IMG/VR virus record: IMGVR_UViG_3300017909_002515
Location: 1 to 40,632 of that record
Direction: 5' to 3' (one strand)
DNA length: 40,632 nt
From: a virus
Lineage: Duplodnaviria; Caudoviricetes
Shown: positions 1-9,555 of the stretch, in pieces
How the letters are laid out: every line of letters starts with the position of its first letter
Numbering within the stretch: position 1 is the stretch's first letter
Notes under the pieces: model-generated
What the model saw: only the letters and a program-made list of their open reading frames with translations
Database searches by the model: none
What the model was told of the DNA's origin: nothing
Translations under genes and position numbers: made by a program

Positions 1-237
1 GGCCCAAGTGCTTCTGAAGTGAGGGCACATATAAGTGCTGGTACAGGTATTAGTATTACAGATGGAGAAATCAGTACAACCATTACGCAATATGCTGATT
101 CGGACGCTAGAGGTGCTATAAGTGTTACCGACTCTGGTGGAGACGGTTCTTTGGCATATAATTCTTCTACTGGTGTGATCACATACACCGGCCCAAGTGC
201 GTCAGAGGTAAGAGCTCATATAAGTGCCGGAACTGGC
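1..237 (+). repeat. Intragenic direct repeat, period 189 nt (63 aa)
   Basis: ggcccaagtgc..catataagtgc.gg.ac.gg at 1-48 and 190-237, differing at synonymous positions. Confidence 0.85.
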
Positions 238-351
238 GTAACAATTACTGATGGTGAAATTGCTATCGGGCAGGCAGTCGCAACAAATTCAAACGTTCAG
301 TTTAATAATGTTACCATAGATGGAACTTTGGACTGCGGTGTACTCACATAA
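1..351 (+). CDS. C-terminal fragment of a repetitive Gly/Ser/Thr-rich virion (tail fibre-like) protein, 5'-partial
   Basis: Frame is open from base 1. GPSASEVRAHISAGTG recurs with a 63-aa period (positions 1 and 190). Composition is typical of fibre proteins. Confidence 0.7.
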   Translation, partial: GPSASEVRAHISAGTGISITDGEISTTITQYADSDARGAISVTDSGGDGSLAYNSSTGVITYTGPSASEVRAHISAGTGVTITDGEIAIGQAVATNSNVQFNNVTIDGTLDCGVLT

Positions 352-353
352 TT

Positions 354-361
354 TATAAATA
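354..361 (+). promoter_or_regulatory. T4-type late promoter (TATAAATA)
   Basis: Exact TATAAATA in the intergenic gap upstream of the ORF at 383. Confidence 0.8.
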
Positions 362-382
362 CTTGGGTAAAAGGATACTACT

Positions 383-1117
383 ATGAAATATAAAAAAACA
401 CACAGTGAGGCCATGGAGGAAGTAAACCTCTATGAAAAATCTGTTTCACAACAGCAACAAAAGTTCATGGGAATGGTTCGTGCAGTTCAGAAGGGCGATA
501 TGGAAGCTCCTTCTCCTGAAGTTGCAAAAGCAGCAAAAGACATGAAAAAGAAGGATGTGAAAGATTTTGCATCAACAAAACACGATGAGTTGCCCGTAAG
601 AAAAGAGGCGACTAATCCTGAAGACGAAGCACCAGCATCACCAGACGAAGGTCACATGGCAGTTCAACAGTTAGAGTTCATGATGCATGCCGTGGTAAGA
701 ATGAAAGGACACATTGAACAAGGTGGTAAATTTCCAGAGTGGATGCAGAATAAACTTTCTGGTGCCCACGAGAAGTTGAAGGGTTTGTATTCAAACATTG
801 AACACGGAATGAAAGAAGAGGTAGAGTCTATGGACGAAGGAAGAAAAAGTAAATATGATTTTTCAGAACCGGACGATACCGGAGCAGATCGCGCTGTCAT
901 TATGCAGATTCGCAAGGCTTATGACTTGGACGGTAAGTTTGATGTTGAGTTTGCAGATGGGAAAACGACAAAAGTTTCTAAACCGATTGCAAAGGCAATC
1001 ATGCAAACTCACATGAGTCTGAAACCTGCTGACAGATTAAAATTTCAAAAGGGAATCAGTAAATCATATAAAGGTTTGCTGACTACACTTAAAAAACATA
1101 TGGGGAACAAAAAATGA
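383..1117 (+). CDS. Hypothetical charged late protein (possible head internal protein)
   Basis: 244-aa ORF with AAGGA RBS after a late promoter. Lys/Glu/Met-rich, with modules separated by Glu-rich linkers. Confidence 0.7.
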   Translation: MKYKKTHSEAMEEVNLYEKSVSQQQQKFMGMVRAVQKGDMEAPSPEVAKAAKDMKKKDVKDFASTKHDELPVRKEATNPEDEAPASPDEGHMAVQQLEFMMHAVVRMKGHIEQGGKFPEWMQNKLSGAHEKLKGLYSNIEHGMKEEVESMDEGRKSKYDFSEPDDTGADRAVIMQIRKAYDLDGKFDVEFADGKTTKVSKPIAKAIMQTHMSLKPADRLKFQKGISKSYKGLLTTLKKHMGNKK

Positions 1118-2100
1118 GTAAATATCTAGAGACTAAAGAAGGTAGTCTAGAAGCTGCGGTGCTGGAAGCAGTGTCAAGGGCACAACAGGCTGCGATTGCA
1201 ATTTCTAAGAAAGAACGTGGTGAGAAACCTAAGAATGAGTGTGCATCTGAGGACGAATTCAAACCGCACATGATGTATGACCCGAAGACGGGTAAGAGTG
1301 TGAAAGCAAACACCTATGCAGACCATGTGAAGTATGATAAGATGGGTTACACCCACGAGAAACCTAAAGGAATGAAAGAAGGATTTTCTGAAGAAGAAGT
1401 AAGAGAACTCTGTCATTCTAAAGACCACAACTGTGCAATCATAGTAAACCATCCTGAGTGGGGTCTTGGTAAACCTGTATATGAATCACACGCAATTCCA
1501 ACTGACGATGGTTATGTCGAGTGGTATGATGTGGAATTCAAACATGGCATCGAAAGAGAAGTTCCCGCTGAAGATATGGAGATCATCGAAGAAACAAGTC
1601 ACATGAAGTCTAACAAACATAAGGACGATAAGAAGATGATTAGTGGTCAGCTTGTTGGTGGACAAAAGAAATTGGACAAAGACAAGGACGGTGACATTGA
1701 CGGTAAAGATTTTGCTATGTTGAGAAAATCAAAGAAAAACGAATCTAAAGAAGTTAAAATGGCGATAGGCATTGCTTCTGATCCTCGTTACAAGGGGGGT
1801 AACATGACGGGCGCGGTAAAGGCCATTGAGAAAATGAAGAAGGGACTATCTAAACACCCACAAGTTAGAGCAGTTCTTAGAAGACAAAACGAAGAAACCG
1901 ATCATTACAAAGAAATGGAAAAAATCCAAGAACAGCAAAGACAGTCTATGAGACAGGCTCTTGCACAAGTTTGGGGTGTTGACGAAGGTAAAAATCCATT
2001 TAAAAAAGATGATGAGAAGGTGAGGAAGGGAGAAAAAACTGAGACGGGAGAACCAATGAATCCGGTTTCTGTGAACCCTAAAATGGATGAAAGAGCTTAG
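1114..2100 (+). CDS. Hypothetical charged late protein with EF-hand-like DxDxDG loop
   Basis: 328-aa ORF, ATGA-style 4-nt overlap with the previous gene, contains LDKDKDGDIDGKDF. Confidence 0.7.
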   Translation: MSKYLETKEGSLEAAVLEAVSRAQQAAIAISKKERGEKPKNECASEDEFKPHMMYDPKTGKSVKANTYADHVKYDKMGYTHEKPKGMKEGFSEEEVRELCHSKDHNCAIIVNHPEWGLGKPVYESHAIPTDDGYVEWYDVEFKHGIEREVPAEDMEIIEETSHMKSNKHKDDKKMISGQLVGGQKKLDKDKDGDIDGKDFAMLRKSKKNESKEVKMAIGIASDPRYKGGNMTGAVKAIEKMKKGLSKHPQVRAVLRRQNEETDHYKEMEKIQEQQRQSMRQALAQVWGVDEGKNPFKKDDEKVRKGEKTETGEPMNPVSVNPKMDERA

Positions 2101-2698
2101 ATATATCCACACTAGAAAATGTGCTGGTTCGTCGATAAAAGGATTTTTTAAACAAAGAGGAATAGATATAAAATATGGTGATGGGTATCTATGGGATATG
2201 GATGAAAAACCTTTCACTGAAACTGTTTTTTCCGTAGTTAGAAATCCATATACCAGAGTTTTATCTGGGTATAACCATATGATGAATTGGGGTATTCCTT
2301 GGAAAAAATACCACGAAAGACAAAGGACGCAGTTAGGAAAGGTAGAAGGGTGGTATTTAGAGTATGACCACGTTAAGTGGCCGAAGGATAATTTGCTTGA
2401 CTTTGTTGAAAAGTATGATAGCATAGATGAAGTTTGGAGACATGTTACCGCAACACAATCTAGTTTTCTAAACGGTAGAGTAGATTATTTGATGCGTTTT
2501 GAAACACTACAAGAAGATTGGAAAAAGTTTTGTGATTTCATTGAAATGCCATACTTTCCTTTGCCCCATCTAAACAATCATGATGAGTGGAAAAAGACTT
2601 ACTTCACTGATGAAGAAATTGCTTGGGTACAGGATACTTTTCGTGATGACTTTAAGAATTTTGGATACGATATAAATGTTATACCTAGAACAAACTAG
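2087..2698 (+). CDS. Sulfotransferase family 2-like protein
   Basis: 5'-PSB-like YIHTRKCAGSSIK, 3'-PB-like VVRNPYTRVLSGY, RFETLQED and C-terminal DFKNFGY. Confidence 0.75.
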   Translation: MKELRYIHTRKCAGSSIKGFFKQRGIDIKYGDGYLWDMDEKPFTETVFSVVRNPYTRVLSGYNHMMNWGIPWKKYHERQRTQLGKVEGWYLEYDHVKWPKDNLLDFVEKYDSIDEVWRHVTATQSSFLNGRVDYLMRFETLQEDWKKFCDFIEMPYFPLPHLNNHDEWKKTYFTDEEIAWVQDTFRDDFKNFGYDINVIPRTN

Positions 2699-3191
2699 AA
2701 AAAAGAATGATGAAGATTTACCCAAGATATACTGCGACATGGATGAAGTTTTATGTAACTTCATGAAAGGAGCAAGTAAAGCATCGGGTGCTCCTTTTGC
2801 AGCGGTAGAAAAAGAAAAACGTTGGGAAGACATTAGAAACACAAAGGATTTTTGGGCAAACTTAGAATGGATGCCTGGAGCAGAAAGACTATATCGTTAC
2901 ATTAACAAGTATGATTTGAACATACTTTCTGCGGCAAGTACCAGAGATCCTAACTCAAAGCCAGGCAAAAGAAAGTGGTTGAAGAAACATACAAACTTAC
3001 AGCCAAGTAAAATTAACTTGGTTTTGCGGGCACAGAAAAGGGATTTTGCAACAACACCGAATGGAAAACCAAACGTTTTGATAGATGACTATATAAAGAA
3101 CATAAATGAATGGGAACGCGCTGGTGGGATTGGAATACACCATACCAGTGTAGGAAACACTATTGCACAACTCAAAAGACTAGGATATTAA
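2676..3191 (+). CDS. HAD-superfamily 5'(3')-deoxyribonucleotidase-like protein
   Basis: HAD motif I IYCDMDEVL, ILSA, LIDDYIKNINEW..AGGIGIHH. Confidence 0.8.
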   Translation: MLYLEQTRKKNDEDLPKIYCDMDEVLCNFMKGASKASGAPFAAVEKEKRWEDIRNTKDFWANLEWMPGAERLYRYINKYDLNILSAASTRDPNSKPGKRKWLKKHTNLQPSKINLVLRAQKRDFATTPNGKPNVLIDDYIKNINEWERAGGIGIHHTSVGNTIAQLKRLGY

Positions 3192-3192
3192 T

Positions 3193-3921
3193 ATGCCGTC
3201 TAAAATATTATACAGAAACTCAGATTCCACTAAACATATTTTACTTGCTTTTCAAAGGGCCTGTGGCGGGCCTTACTTAAAAAGTTTTTTTCATCTAAGT
3301 GATGATTGGACTAAAGTATCTGATAACAACACTTCTACTGGAGGAGATTTGTTTGGGGATAATTCATTGCGAACAACGGGGAAGAAATCTACTATAAGTG
3401 AAACGTATGCAGGACTTCACGTTGTAGGTATAAAAAGGAATCCTTATAGTAGATTCATCGAATCTCTTGCTTACAGTAATCAACGACATTCTAAAACGTA
3501 TACTCCAGATGATCTATTTACCACAGACGATAAATCATCTGATGCAGATAACTGTTGGTATGACCAGTGTGGCCACAATTACGATTCCTGTCCTGAAGCC
3601 ATGAGAAAAATCCTGTGGGAAACACAGGCAGAATTATATGCACTGGATGATGACAGTTTAGTTACGGATACAATGTTTTCTTATGAAAATTTTTCCACAG
3701 AGTGGACTACCTTTGCTACTGATGTATTGGGTGATGCATCACTTGCGGCTCCACAACTTGGGTCTAGGTGGGAAGAGTTAAGTTTAGAAGACAAGGGAAC
3801 ACATCTAGATGATATTTTAGATAGTGTCACATCATCGACCAAAACTAAAATATATAACAAATTTGTTGATGATTTTACATTATTAGGATATACTTCCAGT
3901 GATTGGCCGTATACCGATTAA
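3193..3921 (+). CDS. Divergent sulfotransferase family 2-like protein
   Basis: KRNPYSRFIES and DDFTLLGY motifs are present. The N-terminal PAPS loop is degenerate (LLAFQRACGG). Confidence 0.5.
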   Translation: MPSKILYRNSDSTKHILLAFQRACGGPYLKSFFHLSDDWTKVSDNNTSTGGDLFGDNSLRTTGKKSTISETYAGLHVVGIKRNPYSRFIESLAYSNQRHSKTYTPDDLFTTDDKSSDADNCWYDQCGHNYDSCPEAMRKILWETQAELYALDDDSLVTDTMFSYENFSTEWTTFATDVLGDASLAAPQLGSRWEELSLEDKGTHLDDILDSVTSSTKTKIYNKFVDDFTLLGYTSSDWPYTD

Positions 3922-3925
3922 TTCT

Positions 3926-3933
3926 TATAAATA
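3926..3933 (+). promoter_or_regulatory. T4-type late promoter (TATAAATA)
   Basis: Exact motif upstream of the AAGGAG RBS and ATG at 3961. Confidence 0.8.
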
Positions 3934-3960
3934 GTAAGATAAACATTTAAGGAGAAAACT

Positions 3961-4923
3961 ATGTCTGCTTGGAGTATGAATGACGGTTCTGCATTGACAG
4001 GAACCCATACTTTCACCAATGCAAGTGCAGCCGTCTCTGCCTCTTCTGGTGCGTACACCACTGAAGTAGCCGTAGGAGATATTCTTGTAACTGCTGGTGG
4101 TGAATCAGTTAGAGTAAAATCTATTACTGATGACGATAACTTAACACTAACCGATAATTTTGGTGCTACTACAGAAAGTGGTGTTGCCGCTACAGTTCGT
4201 AGACCCCCTATTAATTTTGACTCTGCTGCACCGCACATCGACTCAACAATTCTTGGTGTGGATACAACCGAACTTAGTGCCGGTGGAGACAACGTAGTGT
4301 CTGTAACCGTTTCAAATCAAGGTTCTGGTTACGCTTCGGCACCCGCTGTAAGTTTCTCAGGAGGTGGTGGTTCCTCTGCTGCTGGAACTGCCGTTCTTAC
4401 AGACAATAAAGTAACTTCTGTAACAGTAACTAACGTTGGTTCATCTTATACGTCTGCCCCTACTGCAACTGCGGCTGCCCCATCTGAGGTGACTTTTAAC
4501 GCTGCATCTGCGGTAGATGGAACTGACATCACACTTACCTCACACCCGTTCGAAACTGGTGACGCGGTAACTTATTCTGATAAGAGTGGTACTGCAATCG
4601 CTGAACTTACAGATGGTGGTACATTCTTTATCGTAAAGGTTGATGCAAATACAGTTCAACTTGCTACTACTGCGTTAAATGCATCTGCTGGTACGGTGCT
4701 TACACTGACTGACGGGCCTTCAGAAAACCACGGTTTGACAGGTGAAACTGCCACTCTTGTTGCTGCCCTTGGTGCGGGTGGTACTGAAGTAACTCACGCA
4801 GGTTGGGTTAAAAAGACTGTAGGTACTGGTGGACGTGCTGGTAGAGTATTTTATGAAACTCTGGTTGCGTCTTCAACTATTAGTGGTGATGCCGCTGATG
4901 ATCTTGAGTTGCCAGATAGTTAA
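3961..4923 (+). CDS. Virion structural protein (fibre/decoration-like, Ala/Thr/Gly/Ser-rich)
   Basis: GSGYASAPAVSFSGGGG and GSSYTSAPT repeats, THPFETGDAVTY module, C-terminal HAGWVK..GRV.YETLVA. Late promoter and strong RBS. Confidence 0.75.
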   Translation: MSAWSMNDGSALTGTHTFTNASAAVSASSGAYTTEVAVGDILVTAGGESVRVKSITDDDNLTLTDNFGATTESGVAATVRRPPINFDSAAPHIDSTILGVDTTELSAGGDNVVSVTVSNQGSGYASAPAVSFSGGGGSSAAGTAVLTDNKVTSVTVTNVGSSYTSAPTATAAAPSEVTFNAASAVDGTDITLTSHPFETGDAVTYSDKSGTAIAELTDGGTFFIVKVDANTVQLATTALNASAGTVLTLTDGPSENHGLTGETATLVAALGAGGTEVTHAGWVKKTVGTGGRAGRVFYETLVASSTISGDAADDLELPDS

Positions 4924-4966
4924 TAAATACTTTTAGATTATGTTTTCATTATGGAGGAAACAGAAA

Positions 4967-5176
4967 GTGATAGACGCTACACGTTTGAATGCAAGAATTG
5001 ATGAACTAGATAAAGATATGGGATCCGTCACTCAATCTATACAAGAGTGTGATGCCAAAAAGAATGAACTCATGACACTGTTGCGAACACTAGATGGTGC
5101 AAGACAACAGTGTCAAGAGTTTTTAAAAGAACTCGATATGGAACGGTCAGAGGGTAAACCAAAGACTAAAAAGTGA
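4967..5176 (+). CDS. Small coiled-coil protein
   Basis: GTG at 4967 follows a GGAGG RBS. Heptad-like sequence. AATAAATA late-like box at 4922-4929. Confidence 0.6.
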   Translation: MIDATRLNARIDELDKDMGSVTQSIQECDAKKNELMTLLRTLDGARQQCQEFLKELDMERSEGKPKTKK

Positions 5177-5241
5177 TTCATGTGTATGCATGAAGTAGAA
5201 TTCCCTTATCGGGGTTATTAAAATTAAATAGGAGATGCCAA

Positions 5242-5715
5242 ATGGCTGATAAGAAAATTACCGCTCTAACTGACCTGTCTACAGGTATTGCAAGTGTTGA
5301 CTTGTTTCACGTAATCGATGACCCTAGTGGTACACCGATTAACAAAAAGGTATCAGTGGCTAACGTATTCAACTACGTTCCTACTTTCCTTGCTACTAAC
5401 TCTACTGAAACCATGACCTCTGATGGTGCTGCTTCAGTATCAACCGCTATCACTTTCCTTGATGGTTCTTCTACAGGTGTAGACGCAACTCTCGCTGATG
5501 GTGTTACTGGTCAGGTTAAGACTTTTGTCTGTGTGGATGCTTCTAATGCTTGTACTGTCGCTCTGACTAACAACATTACTGGTTCATCTAAGACTGTCAC
5601 TCTGAACAGTGCCGGTGAAACTGTAACTTGTATGTACACTGGTGCTACATACGATTGGGTTGTTATCTCGACTTCACAGCCCCCTTCAACTGCTGCTATT
5701 GCAGTTACTCAGTAA
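5242..5715 (+). CDS. Virion structural protein (beta-rich fibre/decoration-like)
   Basis: [12 protein letters not shown]-type N-terminus common in phage fibre proteins, AGGAG RBS, followed by a terminator. Confidence 0.7.
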   Translation: MADKKITALTDLSTGIASVDLFHVIDDPSGTPINKKVSVANVFNYVPTFLATNSTETMTSDGAASVSTAITFLDGSSTGVDATLADGVTGQVKTFVCVDASNACTVALTNNITGSSKTVTLNSAGETVTCMYTGATYDWVVISTSQPPSTAAIAVTQ

Positions 5716-5724
5716 GATGGGTTC

Positions 5725-5756
5725 ATGGAAAGGGGGGTAACCCCCTTTCCATTTTT
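5725..5756 (+). terminator. Rho-independent terminator
   Basis: 12-bp stem atggaaaggggg/ccccctttccat with a gtaa loop, followed by a T run. Confidence 0.85.
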
Positions 5757-5771
5757 AACTAGGTAAGAGAT

Positions 5772-6197
5772 ATGAAAACATTTAAAAATTTTGCAGAAGA
5801 TGCTGGGGTTAATACTTCACATACCGGAACAGATCTTGACAGCCATACTACTGGTCAAAGTCTTGCTAATTCTTCACTATTAAGAAAGTTGAATGTATAC
5901 GTTGGTGCTGTTGCTAAAGAAAGTGTCAAGTTGCCAGAAGAAACAATTGCTGAAATTCGTCAGAAGTTGGCTAGACTTGGTATTACTTTCGACCAAGCTC
6001 CTGTAGTTGAAGGTGCGTCTGGTTCATTCAGTTTACCAATCAAAAGATATGGTGGGGTGTTTGGTAAGAGCAACACTACTGCTTTCGATGAGTTCGATAA
6101 TGAAGATGGTACTGGTGTGGAAGGTGGACTTTCCCTGAAAATTACTTACGAAGAAACCGAAGCAAACTGCTATAAAATGACTGCAAGTATTGAGTAA
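5772..6197 (+). CDS. Hypothetical protein with MKTFKNF N-terminus
   Basis: 141-aa ORF with AGGT RBS. N-terminus resembles the T4 capsid-targeting sequence. Confidence 0.65.
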   Translation: MKTFKNFAEDAGVNTSHTGTDLDSHTTGQSLANSSLLRKLNVYVGAVAKESVKLPEETIAEIRQKLARLGITFDQAPVVEGASGSFSLPIKRYGGVFGKSNTTAFDEFDNEDGTGVEGGLSLKITYEETEANCYKMTASIE

Positions 6198-6574
6198 TGT
6201 TTGAAAAGATTACATCAGAAAATGTTCTGATGTTTGCTATGAAACATTATGAGAATCCCCACTGTGAGGGTGAGCATGAGTTTTATGATGACATCAAACG
6301 TTTTAAGTATTTAAAAAGACTGTTTCGAAAATACGAAGTTTCAGGTGAGTTGAAAGAAAGACTAGTTCTAAATCATCTCATTGTGTTGAGGAATGTTTTT
6401 GGAACGGAACCAGCTACAGTATTACTTTTACATAAAATAGATGTCGATCATCATCCCGCTCTAAAATCTTTTTTACTCTACCTAAATATGATAACACAAG
6501 AAGAACTTCCAGAAATAGAAGTTGACCTTGATTTATTGAAAATTTTGGAGAGTATAGATGGGTTCGGCGATTGA
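6197..6574 (+). CDS. Conserved T4-like (marine myovirus) hypothetical protein
   Basis: FAMKHYENP.C....EFYDD.KRFKY.KRL...LNH pattern recalled from cyanophage-like myoviruses. TAATG coupling. Confidence 0.7.
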   Translation: MFEKITSENVLMFAMKHYENPHCEGEHEFYDDIKRFKYLKRLFRKYEVSGELKERLVLNHLIVLRNVFGTEPATVLLLHKIDVDHHPALKSFLLYLNMITQEELPEIEVDLDLLKILESIDGFGD

Positions 6575-7172
6575 CTTATTTGTCACATACAGGTTTATCA
6601 AACTTTTGGTCACTCCGTTTGAAAAAACGGATGCGTACAAATTTGGTATAATTGACAAGGATGGTAATCGTATCATCAAGAAAGGTACGAAAAACCAACC
6701 AGAGGTAGAATTAAGCACCTCTGCACTACGAGATTCCTACACCGTTTTACACAAACTGGTGTTCAACATCAAAAAAATATTCCAAAAAGTGCCTGGCTTA
6801 AGAACTAAGTTGGGTACTTATGCGGCCGCAACTTTTCTCCTCAAAGACACATTTAAAGAACAAGTAGACCCCGAAATGTTCGAGAAGGAACTTATTAAGT
6901 ATCTTCAGGAACAAGGTGTCGAGTTTGATGATGAGATTTCAGAGGAAGTTGTAGGGTTTGGTGAGAAGCTTCCAAAGGGGGAGTATGTTCTAGTCAACGA
7001 TATACTAAATAAAGATGAGGACTTGCCTAGCGTAAAATCAGGCGATAAGGTTATTGTGTATGCAGACGAATCTCCTATAGACATGGTTCTAGGAGTTGAG
7101 ATTTTTCCTGTAGTACATGAAAAGTCAAAAGAAAAGATTTTTGTTGCGTTAACGGATTTGAAAAATGCCTAA
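6558..7172 (+). CDS. Conserved phage hypothetical protein
   Basis: YRFIKLLVTPFEKTDAYKFGIIDKDG motif, coupled to its neighbours. Confidence 0.7.
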   Translation: MGSAIDLFVTYRFIKLLVTPFEKTDAYKFGIIDKDGNRIIKKGTKNQPEVELSTSALRDSYTVLHKLVFNIKKIFQKVPGLRTKLGTYAAATFLLKDTFKEQVDPEMFEKELIKYLQEQGVEFDDEISEEVVGFGEKLPKGEYVLVNDILNKDEDLPSVKSGDKVIVYADESPIDMVLGVEIFPVVHEKSKEKIFVALTDLKNA

Positions 7173-7428
7173 GAAATTTCAAGCACTTTATAAAGAAGTT
7201 AATCCATACAGTGGCCAAGTGATTGAGGACGCTCCAACCAACTCTGCTGGGGGTGGTGCAATCGCAGGGATTGGTGTGGGGCCTGATGGTGAGCCAGGCG
7301 TAGACCCCAAGAAAAAGAAAAAAAGATATCTAGATGCAAGAACAAAGGAATACAGATTCCATCGTGCCAAATTAGAAGCGCGAAGACTAAGACGTCAAAA
7401 TAAAAGAGTCACTAATGAAAACATTTAA
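7165..7428 (+). CDS. Hypothetical basic protein
   Basis: EDAPTNSAGGGAIAG..GEPGV motif followed by a Lys/Arg-rich tail. Confidence 0.65.
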   Translation: MPKKFQALYKEVNPYSGQVIEDAPTNSAGGGAIAGIGVGPDGEPGVDPKKKKKRYLDARTKEYRFHRAKLEARRLRRQNKRVTNENI

Positions 7429-7687
7429 AGAATACATGATGAATCCTACAACGGATTCTCCACTAACACAGTATACTCCTAGAAATACTGGTTACCATAG
7501 CCTCTACCATCCTGTTGCAGATTTGAACGCACAGAAAAATGCAAGAAGAAAAAAGAAGACAGAAGGTCTTTGGGACAACATTCGAAAGAAAAAAGAAAGA
7601 ATTGCAAGGGGTTCTGGGGAAAGAATGAGAAAGCCTGGCGAGAAAGGTGCGCCAACTCCAGATCAAATACAGAGAGCTAAAGGTTGA
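7415..7687 (+). CDS. Hypothetical basic protein with MKTFKEY N-terminus
   Basis: GLWDNIRKKKERI..GSGERMRKPGEKGAPT module, overlapping neighbours. Confidence 0.65.
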   Translation: MKTFKEYMMNPTTDSPLTQYTPRNTGYHSLYHPVADLNAQKNARRKKKTEGLWDNIRKKKERIARGSGERMRKPGEKGAPTPDQIQRAKG

Positions 7688-8367
7688 AATTAATTGTTTC
7701 GGGGTGCAGTTTCACCTCGATAAAAGGTGAGTGGTTTGACCCCACTTATCCTAAACAAAAAACATTTCGTAATACCAGAGAAAAATATAGAGTAAAGTCT
7801 TGGCAAGATTATCTTGCAGAAAAACTTGATATTGAATGTATTACCGTAGGAAAGTCTGCAATAGGTAATAGACAAATTATCGAGAGAGTTGTTTCCGAAA
7901 TTGCGTGTCATGACCCCTCCGATATATTTGTAATTGTAAGTTTTACAGAATGGTTGCGTCTAGATGGAAATACTGGCGGTGAAGCATGGTGGGTTATAGG
8001 TAAACCACGTTATGTGACAAATGCGTTTTTGACTCAGCTAATTACGTTGCAGTCTTATTTGGAAAGTAACAATATAAAGCACTTGATTGTACACGGAACA
8101 GAACCAATAAATAATATAAGTGCAGGGCAATCTTTTTTTTCTGAGAACTGGACACTACAACACATAATGGAACAGTTTTTAGAAAATAAGTTATATCACC
8201 AGATTAACGCAGATAATATATGGGGTTGGCCTTTTTTCGAAAGAATAGGTGGAAAAACAATACAGTCTATCGTTGAATTAGACCACACCAGCCATCCAAC
8301 AGAAAGAGGACACAGACATTTTGCAGAGGTGATACTCAAAGATGTCGAAAGGAGAATGCAATGCTAG
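7684..8367 (+). CDS. SGNH/GDSL hydrolase-like protein
   Basis: Block I GCSFT, GN block, C-terminal SHPTERGH. TTG start. Confidence 0.6.
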   Translation: MKLIVSGCSFTSIKGEWFDPTYPKQKTFRNTREKYRVKSWQDYLAEKLDIECITVGKSAIGNRQIIERVVSEIACHDPSDIFVIVSFTEWLRLDGNTGGEAWWVIGKPRYVTNAFLTQLITLQSYLESNNIKHLIVHGTEPINNISAGQSFFSENWTLQHIMEQFLENKLYHQINADNIWGWPFFERIGGKTIQSIVELDHTSHPTERGHRHFAEVILKDVERRMQC

Positions 8368-8525
8368 ATTGGGTAAAGAATAGAATAGAAGAAAGAACTA
8401 CTTGGGATGGTAGTGTTCTTATTGTGGCTGGAGTGTGTTTCTTAATCTTCAAACCACTTGCAACGATTGTTGCTTACGGTGCAATCGCATATGGTGTCTG
8501 GACTATTTGTAAAAAGGAAAACTAA
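8361..8525 (+). CDS. 54-aa two-TM membrane protein, holin-like candidate (not in ORF track)
   Basis: AGGAG RBS. MLDWVKNRIEERTTWDGSVLIVAGVCFLIFKPLATIVAYGAIAYGVWTICKKEN*. Fills the gap exactly, with TAATG coupling to the lipase. Confidence 0.75.
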   Translation: MLDWVKNRIEERTTWDGSVLIVAGVCFLIFKPLATIVAYGAIAYGVWTICKKEN

Positions 8526-9235
8526 TGCCATCACATCATTTCGCTCTGGTTTCGAGAGAAGCATATAAAGATCCTGTTGACGCAGACTTCACACAATTTG
8601 GGTACGAACACGCAGAGTTTTGTAGTGTCGAAGGCGCGCAGGCATATGTTCTTTGTGACGAAGACAGAGGAGAGATTGTTGTCGTTTTTAGGGGAACTGA
8701 ACCAAAAGAGTGGAGTGATGTCAAGGCAGACTTATACGCGACTCACACTAATGGGTTTCACTCTGGTTTTCTAAAAGAATATCTAAAACTTCATAAAGAT
8801 ATTATTCGCACAGTTGCGAGATATCAAGTTTCAAAGGCACCTGATTGGCCAGTCATTTTATGTGGACATAGTTTGGGTGGAGCAATGTCTCAGGTCGCGT
8901 CCTACTACGTGCCATGGGTCGATGCGATTTATACCTATGGTTCACCAAGGGTAATAAGCTGGTTTAAGGAAAAACTGTGTGTCGAGCATTTCCGTCATGT
9001 TAACAACAACGATATTGTACCCAGAGTTCCCCCCTTTCTACTAAATTTCAGACATTGTGGAAAACTAATATACATTGATTATGATGGTGACGTGTATCGT
9101 GGGGATTCAACTCGATGGAAAAGACTCAAAGATAGTTGGAAAGGTAGATTAGATGCTTGGAAACAGAGAAAATTTTTTGACGGAATTGCTGACCACGATA
9201 TGGATTTCTACTGTGCTCATTTGGGGAGTGAATGA
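8525..9235 (+). CDS. Class 3 lipase (alpha/beta hydrolase)
   Basis: VVFRGTE, FHSGF, nucleophile motif GHSLGG, YTYGSPRV, NNNDIVPRVP, DH catalytic His. Confidence 0.9.
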   Translation: MPSHHFALVSREAYKDPVDADFTQFGYEHAEFCSVEGAQAYVLCDEDRGEIVVVFRGTEPKEWSDVKADLYATHTNGFHSGFLKEYLKLHKDIIRTVARYQVSKAPDWPVILCGHSLGGAMSQVASYYVPWVDAIYTYGSPRVISWFKEKLCVEHFRHVNNNDIVPRVPPFLLNFRHCGKLIYIDYDGDVYRGDSTRWKRLKDSWKGRLDAWKQRKFFDGIADHDMDFYCAHLGSE

Positions 9236-9555
9236 TGCCTTGGTTACTCGTACTTACACTAAAAGCAATATTGAGTTCTATCATAGGTTCCAGTTTTTAC
9301 CAGTGGTTCAAAAACACAAAGGCTGGAGTCTGGGTACAAGTTAGAATGGACAATACGATGGAGTGGATTGCAAAGCGTTACGATATCGAAATTGCAACCA
9401 GAGAAGAAAAGTGGTTGAAACAGTACCCTAATCTTGCTGAAAGGATAAATAAACTTGAGAATTACTCGCATCCTTGTAAAGAACTGCATGAGTTTGAAGT
9501 TTGGCCAGAGTTAGATGCAAGAATTAAAAAACTAGAAGGAAAGTCTGATGAGTAA
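9232..9555 (+). CDS. Hypothetical protein with N-terminal hydrophobic segment
   Basis: 107-aa ORF with ATGA overlap. Confidence 0.65.
   Translation: MMPWLLVLTLKAILSSIIGSSFYQWFKNTKAGVWVQVRMDNTMEWIAKRYDIEIATREEKWLKQYPNLAERINKLENYSHPCKELHEFEVWPELDARIKKLEGKSDE

Noticed and set aside
1846-2424. 192-aa minus-strand ORF and similar antisense ORFs (e.g. 15950-16486, 19985-20467, 21729-22169)
   Set aside because: They lie opposite well-supported genes and have no recognisable motifs or RBS, so they are shadow ORFs.
5177-5215. Two small hairpins in the intergenic gap upstream of 5242
   Set aside because: The stems are short with no T tract or recognisable motif, and are consistent with chance.
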